DNA of 52,253 bases, taken from assembly GCA_038213805.1 (NCBI GenBank), contig JBBQSO010000032.1:1-52253 (forward strand), given 5' to 3'. Origin of the DNA: Planctomycetota bacterium. GTDB lineage: Bacteria; Planctomycetota; UBA11346. A program made the position numbers and the translations under genes. Below, in pieces: positions 9,774 to 19,746 of this stretch (the first letter of the stretch is position 1; every line of letters starts with the position of its first letter). Under the pieces are notes generated by a model, which was given only the letters and a program-made list of their open reading frames with translations, ran no database searches and had not been told where the DNA came from.

Positions 9774-11495
9774 TCAGCCGCTGACCAGCAGCGGCCGTTC
9801 CAGGCGCTCCAGCGCGCTCACCACCAGCTGCCACGGTGGCAGCGCGAGCAGCACCGTGTCGAAGGGATCGCAGCCGCGGATGCCGTGGTTGGCGACGAAG
9901 GCCAGCCAGCGCGCGTGTGCTTCGGACAGGGTGATGCCGTCACGTGCGGCGAGGCGGCAGACCCACGCGGCCGCGACGCAGGCGCCACGCGCCAGGTCGG
10001 CGTCGAGCGCCCAGCCGCTGCGGCGTAGGTCGAGGCGTTGCCCGTCGACCACCGGCCGCTCCGGCTCGCGTGCGTCGAGCACCAGGAAGTGGCGCGGACC
10101 GAGCAGGCAGTCGGCGCCGTCGGCGAAGCGCCGCTCCGGTACGCGCAGCGCGACCGCCCCAGCGCGCGCTGGCGCATCCAGCCCGCCGGCGCGCAGCGCC
10201 GCCGCCGCCCTGCGCGTGGCGTCGCGCGGCTGGAAGTGGTCCATCACCAGCACCCGCCGCGCGCCCGCGAGCGACGCGAGGTGCGAACCGGCGACCAGCA
10301 CCGTGCTGACGCCCTGCGCGGCGAGCGCGGGCAGCACCTCAAGCAGCGTGGTGGTGCCGCGCAGCGCCGGACCGAGCAGCCGGCGCATGCCGGCGTCGAC
10401 CGACAGGAAGTTGCTCGCCGCGCTGTCCTCGTCGACCAGCAGCAGCCGGCAGCCGGCGGCGACGCCCTGCAGCACGCTCGCCGCCATGCTGGTCGCGCCC
10501 GAGGCGCGGGTGGTGGCGAAACGCGCGCTGTCCGCGCCCGGCAGCTGCGCGAAGAACGCGGACAGATCCTGGTTCTTGATGCGTCGTCCATCCTCGGCCT
10601 GCACCGCGAGCAGCGACGCATCCGCGACCACGCGTTCGCGGCCGTCGCCGGGCGGATGGTCGACGGCGCCGGCGGCGATGGCGTGCAGCAGCGTGCTCTT
10701 GCCGTGGTAGGGCGCGCCAGCCACGGCGGTGATGCCCGTGCGGATGCCGAGCCCGTGCTGGCGGCCGAGCGCGCCGAGGTCGATGGTCACGCGCGCCGCC
10801 CGCGGGATGTGCAGTGGCCGGCAGTGCGCCGCCGGGCGGTCGTCGGCATCGCGCGCGAGCAGCGCGCCCTCGCCAAGGAAGGCGACCAGCCCGAGCGCGG
10901 GCAGCGCGGCGCGCAGCGCGTGCTGCAGTTCCACCGCGTGGCGGTGCGCGGCCAGATCCGGACGGCGCCGGCGCGCGCGCAGGTCGGCGGCGAAAATTTC
11001 GAGCTGCTTGAGGAAGCGCACCAGGCGGCGCCCGTCGCAGCACATGCCCGCGAGCGGCAGCACCGCTTCGAGACGCACGCACAGCGCCGCCTGCGCACCC
11101 GCTGACGGCTCCTGGAACCAGCAGGCGTTGGTGGCACGGATCGCGGCGCCCGGCAGATGCGTGCGCACCTGGATCGCCGGCGCGCCGAGCAGGATCTGCC
11201 AGCAGCGGCGCAGCACCCAATCGCAGGTGGTGGTGCGATCGGCAGCGGTCCCCAGACCATGATCGGTGACCGCCAGGACGATGGTCACGTCCTCGTCGTC
11301 CGCCTCGCGCGCCTCCTGCTCCGAGAACGACACCTGGCAGCCGTCGAGCTCCCAGCTGCCCATCACCTCGCGCCACGCCCGCGGCCCCCAGCCATCGATG
11401 CGCCGCGCCTGCGCGAACAGTGCACGCCGCGGACCCGGAGGCGGGGTCACGGTGATGGGGAAGAGGGGGGGATATGGATGGACGAACGCGGGCAT
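9774..11495 (-). CDS. Predicted ABC-class P-loop ATPase (ABC_ATPase family)
   Basis: GAPYHGKSTLL, HPPGDGRERVV, AEDGRRI...DLSAF, T.RASGATSMAA and LLLVDEDSAASNFL. Start uncertain. Confidence 0.85.
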   Translation of the reverse strand: MPAFVHPYPPLFPITVTPPPGPRRALFAQARRIDGWGPRAWREVMGSWELDGCQVSFSEQEAREADDEDVTIVLAVTDHGLGTAADRTTTCDWVLRRCWQILLGAPAIQVRTHLPGAAIRATNACWFQEPSAGAQAALCVRLEAVLPLAGMCCDGRRLVRFLKQLEIFAADLRARRRRPDLAAHRHAVELQHALRAALPALGLVAFLGEGALLARDADDRPAAHCRPLHIPRAARVTIDLGALGRQHGLGIRTGITAVAGAPYHGKSTLLHAIAAGAVDHPPGDGRERVVADASLLAVQAEDGRRIKNQDLSAFFAQLPGADSARFATTRASGATSMAASVLQGVAAGCRLLLVDEDSAASNFLSVDAGMRRLLGPALRGTTTLLEVLPALAAQGVSTVLVAGSHLASLAGARRVLVMDHFQPRDATRRAAAALRAGGLDAPARAGAVALRVPERRFADGADCLLGPRHFLVLDAREPERPVVDGQRLDLRRSGWALDADLARGACVAAAWVCRLAARDGITLSEAHARWLAFVANHGIRGCDPFDTVLLALPPWQLVVSALERLERPLLVSG

Positions 11496-11615
11496 GGGCG
11501 GGAACGGTAGCGGCTGATCCGGAAACGGCACTGGGGGATGCCGGCCATCCGGGAAATGACAGGGGAGCCCGGCAAGCGGTGAGCGGCGCAAGAGCGCGTC
11601 AACGCGCGGCGGTCA

Positions 11616-12383
11616 TCACAGGCCCGGGCTACCCTGCATGATCCCCCCATCCGCGAACACCGTCGTCGCGGTCAGGTAGCTCGCGGCATCACCAGCCAGG
11701 AACACCACCAGGTTGGCGATCTCCTCCGGTCGTGCGAGGCGCCCGAGCGGGATGGCGTCATCCAAGCGCTTGAGCTTGTCTGGGTCCTTCATGGTCGCGT
11801 CGTTGATCGGTGTGGCGACCGCACCCGGGCCGACGGCGGTGACCAGGATACCGTGCGGGGCGAGCTCGACGCCGGCGGTGCGCGTCAGCATGCGCATGCC
11901 GCCCTTGGACAGGCAATAGGGGGTGTTGCCCGGCATCGGCCAGTCCTCGTGCACCGACGAGATGTTGATGATGCGGCCACCGCCGCCTTGGGCGATCATC
12001 TGCCGGGCCGCGAGCTGGGTGCCGAAGAACGCGCTCTTGAGATTGATGGCGAGCACCGCCTCGTACTGCTCCTCGGTGGTATCGAGGATCGAGGTGCGGG
12101 TCTCGATGCCGGCGTTGTTGACCATGATGTCGACGCGCCCGAACCGGCTGAGCGTAGTAGCGAAGAGCATCTCCAGTTCCGCGAGCTTGCTGACGTCGGC
12201 CTTGACCCCGATCGCCTCCGCGCCGAGCGCGTGCACCTGCCGTTCCAGCGCCGCGGTCGCCTCGGGGTGCGCGACGTAGTCGATCACCACCTTCACGCCC
12301 TGGGCGACCAGTCCAAGCACGATGGCTTGGCCGATGCCGCTGTTGCCACCGGTGACGATCGCGATTTTTCCGGAAAGGGTCAT
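11616..12383 (-). CDS. SDR oxidoreductase, glucose 1-dehydrogenase-like
   Basis: TGGNSGIG, NNAG, NISSVHE, YCLSKGG (YxxxK), VGPGAVATPIN and IPLGR. Start ATG 12383. Confidence 0.92.
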   Translation of the reverse strand: MTLSGKIAIVTGGNSGIGQAIVLGLVAQGVKVVIDYVAHPEATAALERQVHALGAEAIGVKADVSKLAELEMLFATTLSRFGRVDIMVNNAGIETRTSILDTTEEQYEAVLAINLKSAFFGTQLAARQMIAQGGGGRIINISSVHEDWPMPGNTPYCLSKGGMRMLTRTAGVELAPHGILVTAVGPGAVATPINDATMKDPDKLKRLDDAIPLGRLARPEEIANLVVFLAGDAASYLTATTVFADGGIMQGSPGL

Positions 12384-12519
12384 GGGCTTGGATTCCTGGA
12401 ATGGGGTGAAGGTCATGGCAGCGTCTCCCGGCCAGCGGCAGGGTCCATTGATTGCGGGCATCCAGCGTCGCACGGGGCGCGGCGCGATGCGCGTCCCGCC
12501 GACCAAGTCTCCGCGGGTC

Positions 12520-15500
12520 TCATCCCAACGCGATGCGCTGCCTCAGGCTCGGCCTGACCCGCTCATCCGGCGTCAGAATCCCGCGATAATTCAGCGGATC
12601 GGCCGCCGACACCTCGACCGGCGGCGTGGCCGGCAGGTCGCGTACGCCGCGCAGCTGCTCGTAGGCCTCGGGCAGCGCGAACTGCTCGCCGCTGAAGCCG
12701 GCGACGAAGCGTCCGCCGCGTACCTCGCCGCGCAGTTCGAGGGTGCGCAGCGCGCGCAGCAGGTCGCGCCAGGACAGCGGCTGGCGCTCGCGCAGCGCGG
12801 TCATGCGGAAGACCACGCCGGTGCGGCGCAGCAGGGCGCGCGCCACAAACAGCGCCTGATCCTCGGCGGCGGTGCCGGTCGCGGCGGGGCGCGTGCCGGT
12901 GCGGCGGAACAGGCTCCAGCGCCCGCCCGGCTGCAGCGCGCGGTTGCGGCGCTGCGCGGGCAGCAGCAGCCAGCGCAGCGCGGCCAGCGAGTCGCAGGTG
13001 ATCAGGCCGCACGCGACCAGCTCGGCCTGCGCCATCTCGACGTAGGCGGGCAGCAGGCCTGCGCCGCGCACCAGCTCAGCCTGGAAGAGCGCGCCGCCGC
13101 CTTGCAGGCAGCGTAGCACGGCGCTGGCGTAGCCGCTCAGTCCGGCGTCATCACCGGGCGGGGCGATGGCCAGCCAGGCGGCGAGGTCGGCGCGCGGGAC
13201 CAGGCTGAGCGGCGTGCCGTGCAGCGAGGCGCCGGCACGGCGCGGGCCGCCATCTTCGCGCGCTGGCGGCGCGTTCCACAGCCGGCCCCAGGCGATCTCG
13301 CCGGTCAGCGCGAGGTGGTCGAGCCAATCGTGGCGGTAGCCGGCGACGCGCGCCGGTAGCACGCGCAGCGACCACGCCGGTGCCGGGACCTCGCAGCCGG
13401 CGAGCTGGGCGATGGACGCGGCGACGCCGAGCGGCCCCTCGCGCCGGCAGCCGGGATCGGCGCCCTGCCAACAGCCCAAAAAGCGCAGGAACTGCAGCGC
13501 GCTGGCCGGCTCGACGCTGCGCCGCCGCGCCTCGCGCGCATGGTGGTGGAGGCGCGCGAGCAGGCGGCGGTCGCACCACACCTCGCGCCCGTCGAGGCGC
13601 GTGCGCAGCGCGAGGCCCTGTTGCTCGAGGTGCAGCAGCGCGGGATCGTCGCTGGCCACCGGGCCGAGCGCCTCGAGGCGGCCGCGCCACTGCGCCACCG
13701 GGTCGCGATCGGCCTCGACCGCGTACCAACGCGCGTCCTGGTGCAGCACCCGCTGACCGGCCTGCAGCGCGACCAGCCAGGGCAGCCATGGCGCCGCCTC
13801 GTCGTCGCGCACGTGGCCCATCCACAGCAGCGCCTCGTGCAGCTCCTCGGCGTCGCGGGGGTCGGGCCAGGCCGCGGCGCGGATCTCGGCGACGCTCACG
13901 GGATCGAGCTCGGTGACCGCCTCGCGGCCGTCGGCGGAGGGCGGGCCGACCGCGCGTACGCGGCGCTCCTCGAGCGGTGTGTCGTCGAGGAAGGCGTAGG
14001 GCTTGGCGGCGAGGATGCCGCGCGCGAACGGGCTGGGCTCCGGGGTCTCGACCGCGCGCGTGGCGATGGCGCCGGAGCGGATGCCGGACAGCACCTCGAT
14101 GAGGCCGTCGACGTCGAGCAGCTCGGTCAGGCAGTCGGCGATGGTCTGATCGACCAGCGGATGCCCCTCGGGCAGGCGGATGGGACCGCTGGGCAGGGTC
14201 TCGGGACAGGCGAGCACGCCGGGGAAGGCGGCGGCGAGTGCGTCGTTGGCGCGCAGGCGCGTCAGGTAGGGCGGCACCTTGCGCCCGCCGGCGAAGCGCT
14301 CGACGACCAGCGCGCGCGACGCGTTCCAGCGCCAACGCGTCTCGAACTGCCCGCCGGTGATGCAGGCCTGGATGAGCAGGTCGCGCACCGACGCGGGCGA
14401 CAGGAAGGTGAAGACCTCGTCGAGCGGGAAGCTGGTCGCGGGCGCCAGCGAGATGAGGATGGCGTCCTCGTCCGCCGCCGCCTCGAGTTCGAAGCCGAAG
14501 CCGCCGCAGATGCGCTTGCGCAGGGCCAGGCCCCAGGCGCGGTTGATGCGCGCGCCGAAGGGCGCGTGGATGACCAGCTGCATGCCGCCGCTGTCGTCGA
14601 AGAAGCGTTCGGCGATGATCAGGGTGCGGCTCGGTACCGCGCCCAGCGCACGCCGCCCGGCGGCGAGGTGGTCCCACAGTTGGCCGGCCGCCGCGGGGCC
14701 GAGCACGCATTCCTCGACCAGCCACGCGGGGTCGGTGCTGTCGGTGCGCACGTCGCCGACCGCCTCGCTCAGCTCGCGGCTGCGCGCCGGCGCCTCGCCC
14801 AGCCAAAAGGGGATGGTGGGTGGGGCGCCGTGCGCGTCGGCGACGTGCATCACCCCGCCGCGCGAGTCGACGCGCAGGATGCGCCACGAGGTGTTGCCGA
14901 GCTGGAAGATGTCGCCGGGATTCGACTCGAGCGAGAAGTCCTCGTCGAGGGTGCCGACCACCGCGCCCGAGGGTTCCTCGCGCACCGTGAAGTTGGCGAC
15001 GTCGGGGATCGCCCCGCCCGAGGTCATCGCTATCAGACGCGCGCGCCGTGTGCCGCGCAGGCGGCGGTTGACCGCGTCGCGGTGCACCAGGCCGCGCCGG
15101 CCGTCGCCGTGCAGGGCGACGCAGCGGTCGAAGGTGGTGCGGCTCAGGTCGCGGTATGGCCAGGCGCGCGTCAGGCACGCGAACAGCTCGTCCTCGCCCC
15201 AGGGTTCCGCCGCCACGCAGGCGACGATGTGTTGGGCAAGCAAGTCGAGCGGCCCTGCCGGCATCGGGATGCGGTCGAGTTCACCGGCGCGTACCGCGCG
15301 CAGCAGCGCCGCGGCCTCGCCAAGCTCTTCGATGGTGAGCGGAAAGAGCCGCCCCTTGGGCGTGCGCGCGACGCCGTGGCCGGCGCGGCCGACGCGCTGC
15401 AGAAAGGTGGCGATGGTGCGTGGGCTGGAGATCTGCACCACCAGGTCGATGTCGCCGATGTCGATGCCGAGTTCGAGCGAGGCGGTCGCGACCAGCGCTG

Positions 15501-16440
15501 CGAGCTTGCCGTCCTTGAGGCGCTGCTCAGCGTCCAGGCGGCGCTCCTTGGACAGGCTGCCGTGGTGGCAGGCGACGCGCTCCGCGCCCAGGCGCTCGCC
15601 CAGGCGCAGCGATACGCGCTCGGCGAGTTTGCGCGTGTTGACGAAGATCAACGTGGTGCGGTGCGCCTCGACCAGGGCGGCGACGCGCTCGTAGATCTCG
15701 TCCCAGACCTCGCCGGCGCACACCGATTCGAGCGGCGACGACGGCACCTCCACCGCCAGGTCGAGGTCGCGCAGGTGGCCGGTGTCGACCACCACGCACG
15801 CGCGGCCCACGCCCGTCAGGAAGCGCGCGATGCCATCGAGCGGCTTCTGCGTCGCCGACAGGCCGATGCGCTGGAGCGGCCCGGCGAGGTGTTCAAGGCG
15901 CTCGAGCGACAACGCCAGGTGCGCGCCGCGCTTGTTGCCGGCCAGGGCGTGGATCTCGTCGACGATCACGGTGCGCACCGAGGCGAGCATCTTCCTTCCG
16001 CCGACGCTGGTCAGCAGGATGGCGAGCGATTCCGGGGTGGTGACCAGGATGTGCGGCGGCTGGCGCAGCATCTTCGCGCGCTCGGCCGCGGTGGTGTCGC
16101 CGCTGCGCACCAGCACGCGGATGTCGGGCACGAAGCAGTCCTGCTCGCGGATGCCGGCGAGCGGCACCTGCAGGTTCTTCTGGATGTCGTTGCCCAGCGC
16201 CTTCAAAGGCGAGACGTAGAGGACCTGGCAGCCGTCGCCCAGGTACGGGCCCTGCTGCACCAGGGAGTCGAGCGCGGTCAGGAAGGCGGCAAGAGTCTTG
16301 CCGGTGCCGGTCGGCGCGGCGATCAGCACGCTGCGCCCCGCGCGGATCTCCGGCCAGCCGCGGGCCTGCGGCGCGGTCGGGGTGCCGACGCGGGTCTTGA
16401 ACCAGGCCTGGACGGCGGGGTGGAAGGCGGACAGCGGCAT
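12520..16440 (-). CDS. lhr: Lhr-type SF2 DEAH-box helicase with C-terminal extension
   Basis: FHPAVQAWF, APTGTGKT, YVSPLKALGNDI, TTPESL, DEIH, GLSAT, SLELGIDIG, QRVGRAGH, and C-terminal RGGRFVAGFSGEQFALPEA. Confidence 0.93.
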   Translation of the reverse strand: MPLSAFHPAVQAWFKTRVGTPTAPQARGWPEIRAGRSVLIAAPTGTGKTLAAFLTALDSLVQQGPYLGDGCQVLYVSPLKALGNDIQKNLQVPLAGIREQDCFVPDIRVLVRSGDTTAAERAKMLRQPPHILVTTPESLAILLTSVGGRKMLASVRTVIVDEIHALAGNKRGAHLALSLERLEHLAGPLQRIGLSATQKPLDGIARFLTGVGRACVVVDTGHLRDLDLAVEVPSSPLESVCAGEVWDEIYERVAALVEAHRTTLIFVNTRKLAERVSLRLGERLGAERVACHHGSLSKERRLDAEQRLKDGKLAALVATASLELGIDIGDIDLVVQISSPRTIATFLQRVGRAGHGVARTPKGRLFPLTIEELGEAAALLRAVRAGELDRIPMPAGPLDLLAQHIVACVAAEPWGEDELFACLTRAWPYRDLSRTTFDRCVALHGDGRRGLVHRDAVNRRLRGTRRARLIAMTSGGAIPDVANFTVREEPSGAVVGTLDEDFSLESNPGDIFQLGNTSWRILRVDSRGGVMHVADAHGAPPTIPFWLGEAPARSRELSEAVGDVRTDSTDPAWLVEECVLGPAAAGQLWDHLAAGRRALGAVPSRTLIIAERFFDDSGGMQLVIHAPFGARINRAWGLALRKRICGGFGFELEAAADEDAILISLAPATSFPLDEVFTFLSPASVRDLLIQACITGGQFETRWRWNASRALVVERFAGGRKVPPYLTRLRANDALAAAFPGVLACPETLPSGPIRLPEGHPLVDQTIADCLTELLDVDGLIEVLSGIRSGAIATRAVETPEPSPFARGILAAKPYAFLDDTPLEERRVRAVGPPSADGREAVTELDPVSVAEIRAAAWPDPRDAEELHEALLWMGHVRDDEAAPWLPWLVALQAGQRVLHQDARWYAVEADRDPVAQWRGRLEALGPVASDDPALLHLEQQGLALRTRLDGREVWCDRRLLARLHHHAREARRRSVEPASALQFLRFLGCWQGADPGCRREGPLGVAASIAQLAGCEVPAPAWSLRVLPARVAGYRHDWLDHLALTGEIAWGRLWNAPPAREDGGPRRAGASLHGTPLSLVPRADLAAWLAIAPPGDDAGLSGYASAVLRCLQGGGALFQAELVRGAGLLPAYVEMAQAELVACGLITCDSLAALRWLLLPAQRRNRALQPGGRWSLFRRTGTRPAATGTAAEDQALFVARALLRRTGVVFRMTALRERQPLSWRDLLRALRTLELRGEVRGGRFVAGFSGEQFALPEAYEQLRGVRDLPATPPVEVSAADPLNYRGILTPDERVRPSLRQRIALG

Positions 16441-16591
16441 GGGGTCCGTTATGACCGGTGGCGACGAAAGGCCACCACCGAACGCAGCTGCCATGGGCAA
16501 CCCAGCTGCCGGCGGGCTGGCGTGCGGACGCATGCGGAAAAAGGGGTTGGCGAGGCGGCAGGGAGCCGCTCAATGCCGCCGCACCGAGGTG

Positions 16592-17536
16592 ATGATGCGG
16601 CTTCCCTTCCCGACCCCGCGCGGCGCTGCCCGGCTGCCCGCCCTCGCCGCCTTGGGCCTGCTGGCGGCAGGCCGCGCCGCGGAGGCGGCGGATGCGGCCG
16701 CGCCCGCGGTTCCGCCTCGCCCCCAGGACGCCGCCGCCATCCAGCCTCCGCCCCCGCTGCCCCCGCCCGACCACACGGGGCCGTGGACGACCAAGGGTCG
16801 CTTCGGCGCCTTCGTCAGCGACACCCACGCCGGGGGCGATTCCAGCCAGTCGCCCGATCCGACCATCCGCGGCACCACCAACACCGCGAATTGGCTGCTG
16901 ACCTTCGACGGCGCGCTCGATTGGCGGGGTGGCGTGGAGTCGGTCGACCAGAGCCTGATCGCCAAGTACGGACGCACCAAACAGACTGAGGCACCCTGGA
17001 CGACCAGCACGGACGAGCTGCGCTACGACGGTGTCTACCGCCGGGATATCGACAAGCCGCTGTTCCTGTATGGCGGCTGGGGTCTGCAGACGCTCTTCGA
17101 GGGCCCGCTCGATCCCTTCCAGGCCCATGCGTCGACCGGCTTTGGCCAGCTCTTCGAGGATCTCTTGCCGATCCACGACAAGCTCGAGTGGCGCCTGGGC
17201 GTGCGCGCCCAGCGCACCTGGGGCAAGGACCTGCCGGAAGGCGGCGGCGACTACACGGTCGGCCCCGAGGCCTACCTGCGCTACGAGCGCCAGGTCAGCA
17301 AGGACCTGCGCTTCTTCATCCAGAGCGAGGCTTACGACGAGTTCCGCGACCTCGCGCACGTCACCAGCCTGACGTCCGCCGGCCTCCAGGCGCAGGTGTC
17401 CAGTCACATCACGGCCGAGATCAACCTACGCGCCTACTACGAGGCGCGACCGCGGCGCGTCAGCGGGGCGGGCGTCGGCTACAGCGAATGGTTCGTCCGG
17501 CAGGATGCGCTGGTCGGGCTGACCTACTCATTCTGA
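16592..17536 (+). CDS. Outer-membrane beta-barrel protein (DUF3078/DUF481-like)
   Basis: Signal peptide, Pro-rich linker, alternating amphipathic strands, and C-terminal beta-signal LVGLTYSF. Confidence 0.7.
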   Translation: MMRLPFPTPRGAARLPALAALGLLAAGRAAEAADAAAPAVPPRPQDAAAIQPPPPLPPPDHTGPWTTKGRFGAFVSDTHAGGDSSQSPDPTIRGTTNTANWLLTFDGALDWRGGVESVDQSLIAKYGRTKQTEAPWTTSTDELRYDGVYRRDIDKPLFLYGGWGLQTLFEGPLDPFQAHASTGFGQLFEDLLPIHDKLEWRLGVRAQRTWGKDLPEGGGDYTVGPEAYLRYERQVSKDLRFFIQSEAYDEFRDLAHVTSLTSAGLQAQVSSHITAEINLRAYYEARPRRVSGAGVGYSEWFVRQDALVGLTYSF

Positions 17537-17687
17537 TGGGCCCGAAACGACCCACGGCTGCGGCGCAGGCGCGGCCCGCCGCAAGCGGTGCTGTGCGCTG
17601 TGGAGAATCTCCGCAGCTGGATCGCTGCGGATCTGGGTAGACTCCTGGCAGCACCGCGGCCCAGCGGCGCATCGCCAGGAGCTTCCG

Positions 17688-19733
17688 ATGTCGCATCCCA
17701 CCCTGCTCGCCATGCCGCTGGCCGTCCTCCTGGGCGCGGTCGGCATCTGGTCGGTGAACGCCAGCAGCGTCCCCGCCCCCGCCCCCGCCCCCGCGCTCGG
17801 CGCCCACGAGCAGATCGCCTCGCCGCTGCCCGCCGCCGAGATCGCCAACGCCAGCCACGCCATCGACCAGTTGGTCAAGGCCGACCTCGACCGCCACAAC
17901 CTCAAGGCCGCGCCGCTGGCCGGCGACGAGATCTTCCTGCGCCGTGTCTACCTCGACATCATGGGGCGCATCCCGACCTATGCCGAGATTTCCGCGTACT
18001 CCGCCGACCACTCCTCGCGCAAGCGCCAGGAGCTGGTGCGCACCCTGCTCGCCAGCGAAGGCCACGTCAGCCGCCAGTTCGACTGGTTCGCCGACCTGCT
18101 GCGCGCGCAGACCCGCCTGTCCGACCGCTACGCCGGCCAGGCCTATCTCGACTGGCTGAAGCAGGCGATCCGCGAGGACAAGCCTTACGACAAGATGGTC
18201 AGCGAGATGCTGCGCGCCGAGGGCCCCGCGCTCGAGCCCGGCAACGGCGCGACCGGCTACTACCTGCGCGACGCAGGCATGCCGCTCGACAACATGGCCA
18301 ATACCGTGCGGGTGTTCCTCGGTACGCAGCTGACCTGCGCGCAGTGCCACAACCACCCCAACGACAAGTGGACCCGCCAGGACTTCTTCGCCATGGCGGC
18401 CTTCACCAACGGCACCTCGGTGCAGGCCAAGCTGAACATCGGCAAGGGCAACATGCAGGAGCTGCGCAAGCTCGAGAAGGACGGCTCTGCCGATCTCAAG
18501 AACGTGGTGCGCCAGCTCGGTCAGACGCTCGGGCTGAAGGTGCAGAACAACGACCAGACCAGCATCAAGCTGCCCGCCGACTACCAGTACCCGGACGCCA
18601 AGCCGGGCGCGCCGCTGCGTCCGCACGTGATGTTCGGCGCCGCCCTGCCGGTGCCGGCCAAGGGCGACCCGCGCGACGTCTACGCGGCGTGGATGACCGC
18701 GCCAGAAAACCCGCGCTTCACCCTGGTGATCGCCAACCGCATGTGGAAGGAGGCGATGGGCATCGGCCTGATCGAACCGGTCGATCACCTGATGGACGAC
18801 AGCGTCGCCAGCAATCCCGAACTGATGGACTACCTCACCCGGCTGATGATCGGCGTGAAGTTCGACCTGCGCAAATTCCAGGAGATCCTCTATTCCACCG
18901 AGACCTACCAGCGCGCCGCCACCAAGGAGGAGCCCGCCGCCGGCGAACCGTGGCGCTACCAGGCAGCGGTCCTGCACCGCATGACGGCTGAGCAGACCTG
19001 GGACTCGCTGCTGACGCTGGTGGTGCCCGACCTCGACCAGCAGAAGGGCGCCGACGCCCAGGCGATGATCGCCTTCTACCAGGACAACAAGGACAAGGGC
19101 CCGGACGACCTCGTCGCCATGGTCAAGGACATCGCCGGCTTCCGCGGCAAGGGCAAGGAGCTGCAGCAGGAGTTCCAGGAACTGCGCGCCCAGCTCGACA
19201 AGGCGCGCGCCGACAAGGCCGCACCCGACGTCATGAAACAGCTGCAGGAGAAGATGCGCGCGCTCGGTGAGCAGCGCAAGGGCATGGAGATGGAAGCCGA
19301 CCCCTACAAGAAGTTCATCAAGTCGATCCCCAAGAAAAAGGCGGCGGAGGGCAAGGGCGTCGGCCCGCTGCTGCGCGCCAGCGAGCTGCCCTCGCCCGCG
19401 CCCGGCAACCACCTGTTGCGCACTTTCGGCCAGTCGGACCGCGAGATGATCGACAACAGCACCGACAGCCCGGCGGTGACCCAGGCCCTCGGCCTGCTCA
19501 ATGGCTTCGTCGACAGCGACGTGCTCGGCAAGGGCTCGCTGCTCGCCGAAGCGATGGCCAAGGCGCCGGGTGCGGAGGAGAAGGCGCGCGTCCTGTTCCT
19601 GACCATCCTCACCCGCCAGCCGAGCGCGCACGAGCTGGCGGTGACCAGCACCGAGATCGGGGCTTCCAAGGATGGCTGGGCGAACATCGCCTGGTGCCTG
19701 CTGAACTCGCACGAATTCCTCTTCGTCCAGTGA
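17688..19733 (+). CDS. DUF1549/DUF1553 protein (PVC-type) with CxxCH
   Basis: DEIFLRRVYLDIMGRIPT, WFADLLR, VFLGTQLTCAQCHNHP, NPRF...IANRMW...MGIGL and W.LLNSHEFLFV. Confidence 0.92.
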   Translation: MSHPTLLAMPLAVLLGAVGIWSVNASSVPAPAPAPALGAHEQIASPLPAAEIANASHAIDQLVKADLDRHNLKAAPLAGDEIFLRRVYLDIMGRIPTYAEISAYSADHSSRKRQELVRTLLASEGHVSRQFDWFADLLRAQTRLSDRYAGQAYLDWLKQAIREDKPYDKMVSEMLRAEGPALEPGNGATGYYLRDAGMPLDNMANTVRVFLGTQLTCAQCHNHPNDKWTRQDFFAMAAFTNGTSVQAKLNIGKGNMQELRKLEKDGSADLKNVVRQLGQTLGLKVQNNDQTSIKLPADYQYPDAKPGAPLRPHVMFGAALPVPAKGDPRDVYAAWMTAPENPRFTLVIANRMWKEAMGIGLIEPVDHLMDDSVASNPELMDYLTRLMIGVKFDLRKFQEILYSTETYQRAATKEEPAAGEPWRYQAAVLHRMTAEQTWDSLLTLVVPDLDQQKGADAQAMIAFYQDNKDKGPDDLVAMVKDIAGFRGKGKELQQEFQELRAQLDKARADKAAPDVMKQLQEKMRALGEQRKGMEMEADPYKKFIKSIPKKKAAEGKGVGPLLRASELPSPAPGNHLLRTFGQSDREMIDNSTDSPAVTQALGLLNGFVDSDVLGKGSLLAEAMAKAPGAEEKARVLFLTILTRQPSAHELAVTSTEIGASKDGWANIAWCLLNSHEFLFVQ

Positions 19734-19746
19734 ACGGAGCCACGTC

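Noticed and set aside
13540..16989. 1149-aa plus-strand ORF, and other long antisense ORFs (111-1997, 17460-19940, 40964-43111, 49369-51513)
   Set aside because: Shadow frames opposite well-supported genes in high-GC DNA, with no recognisable motifs.
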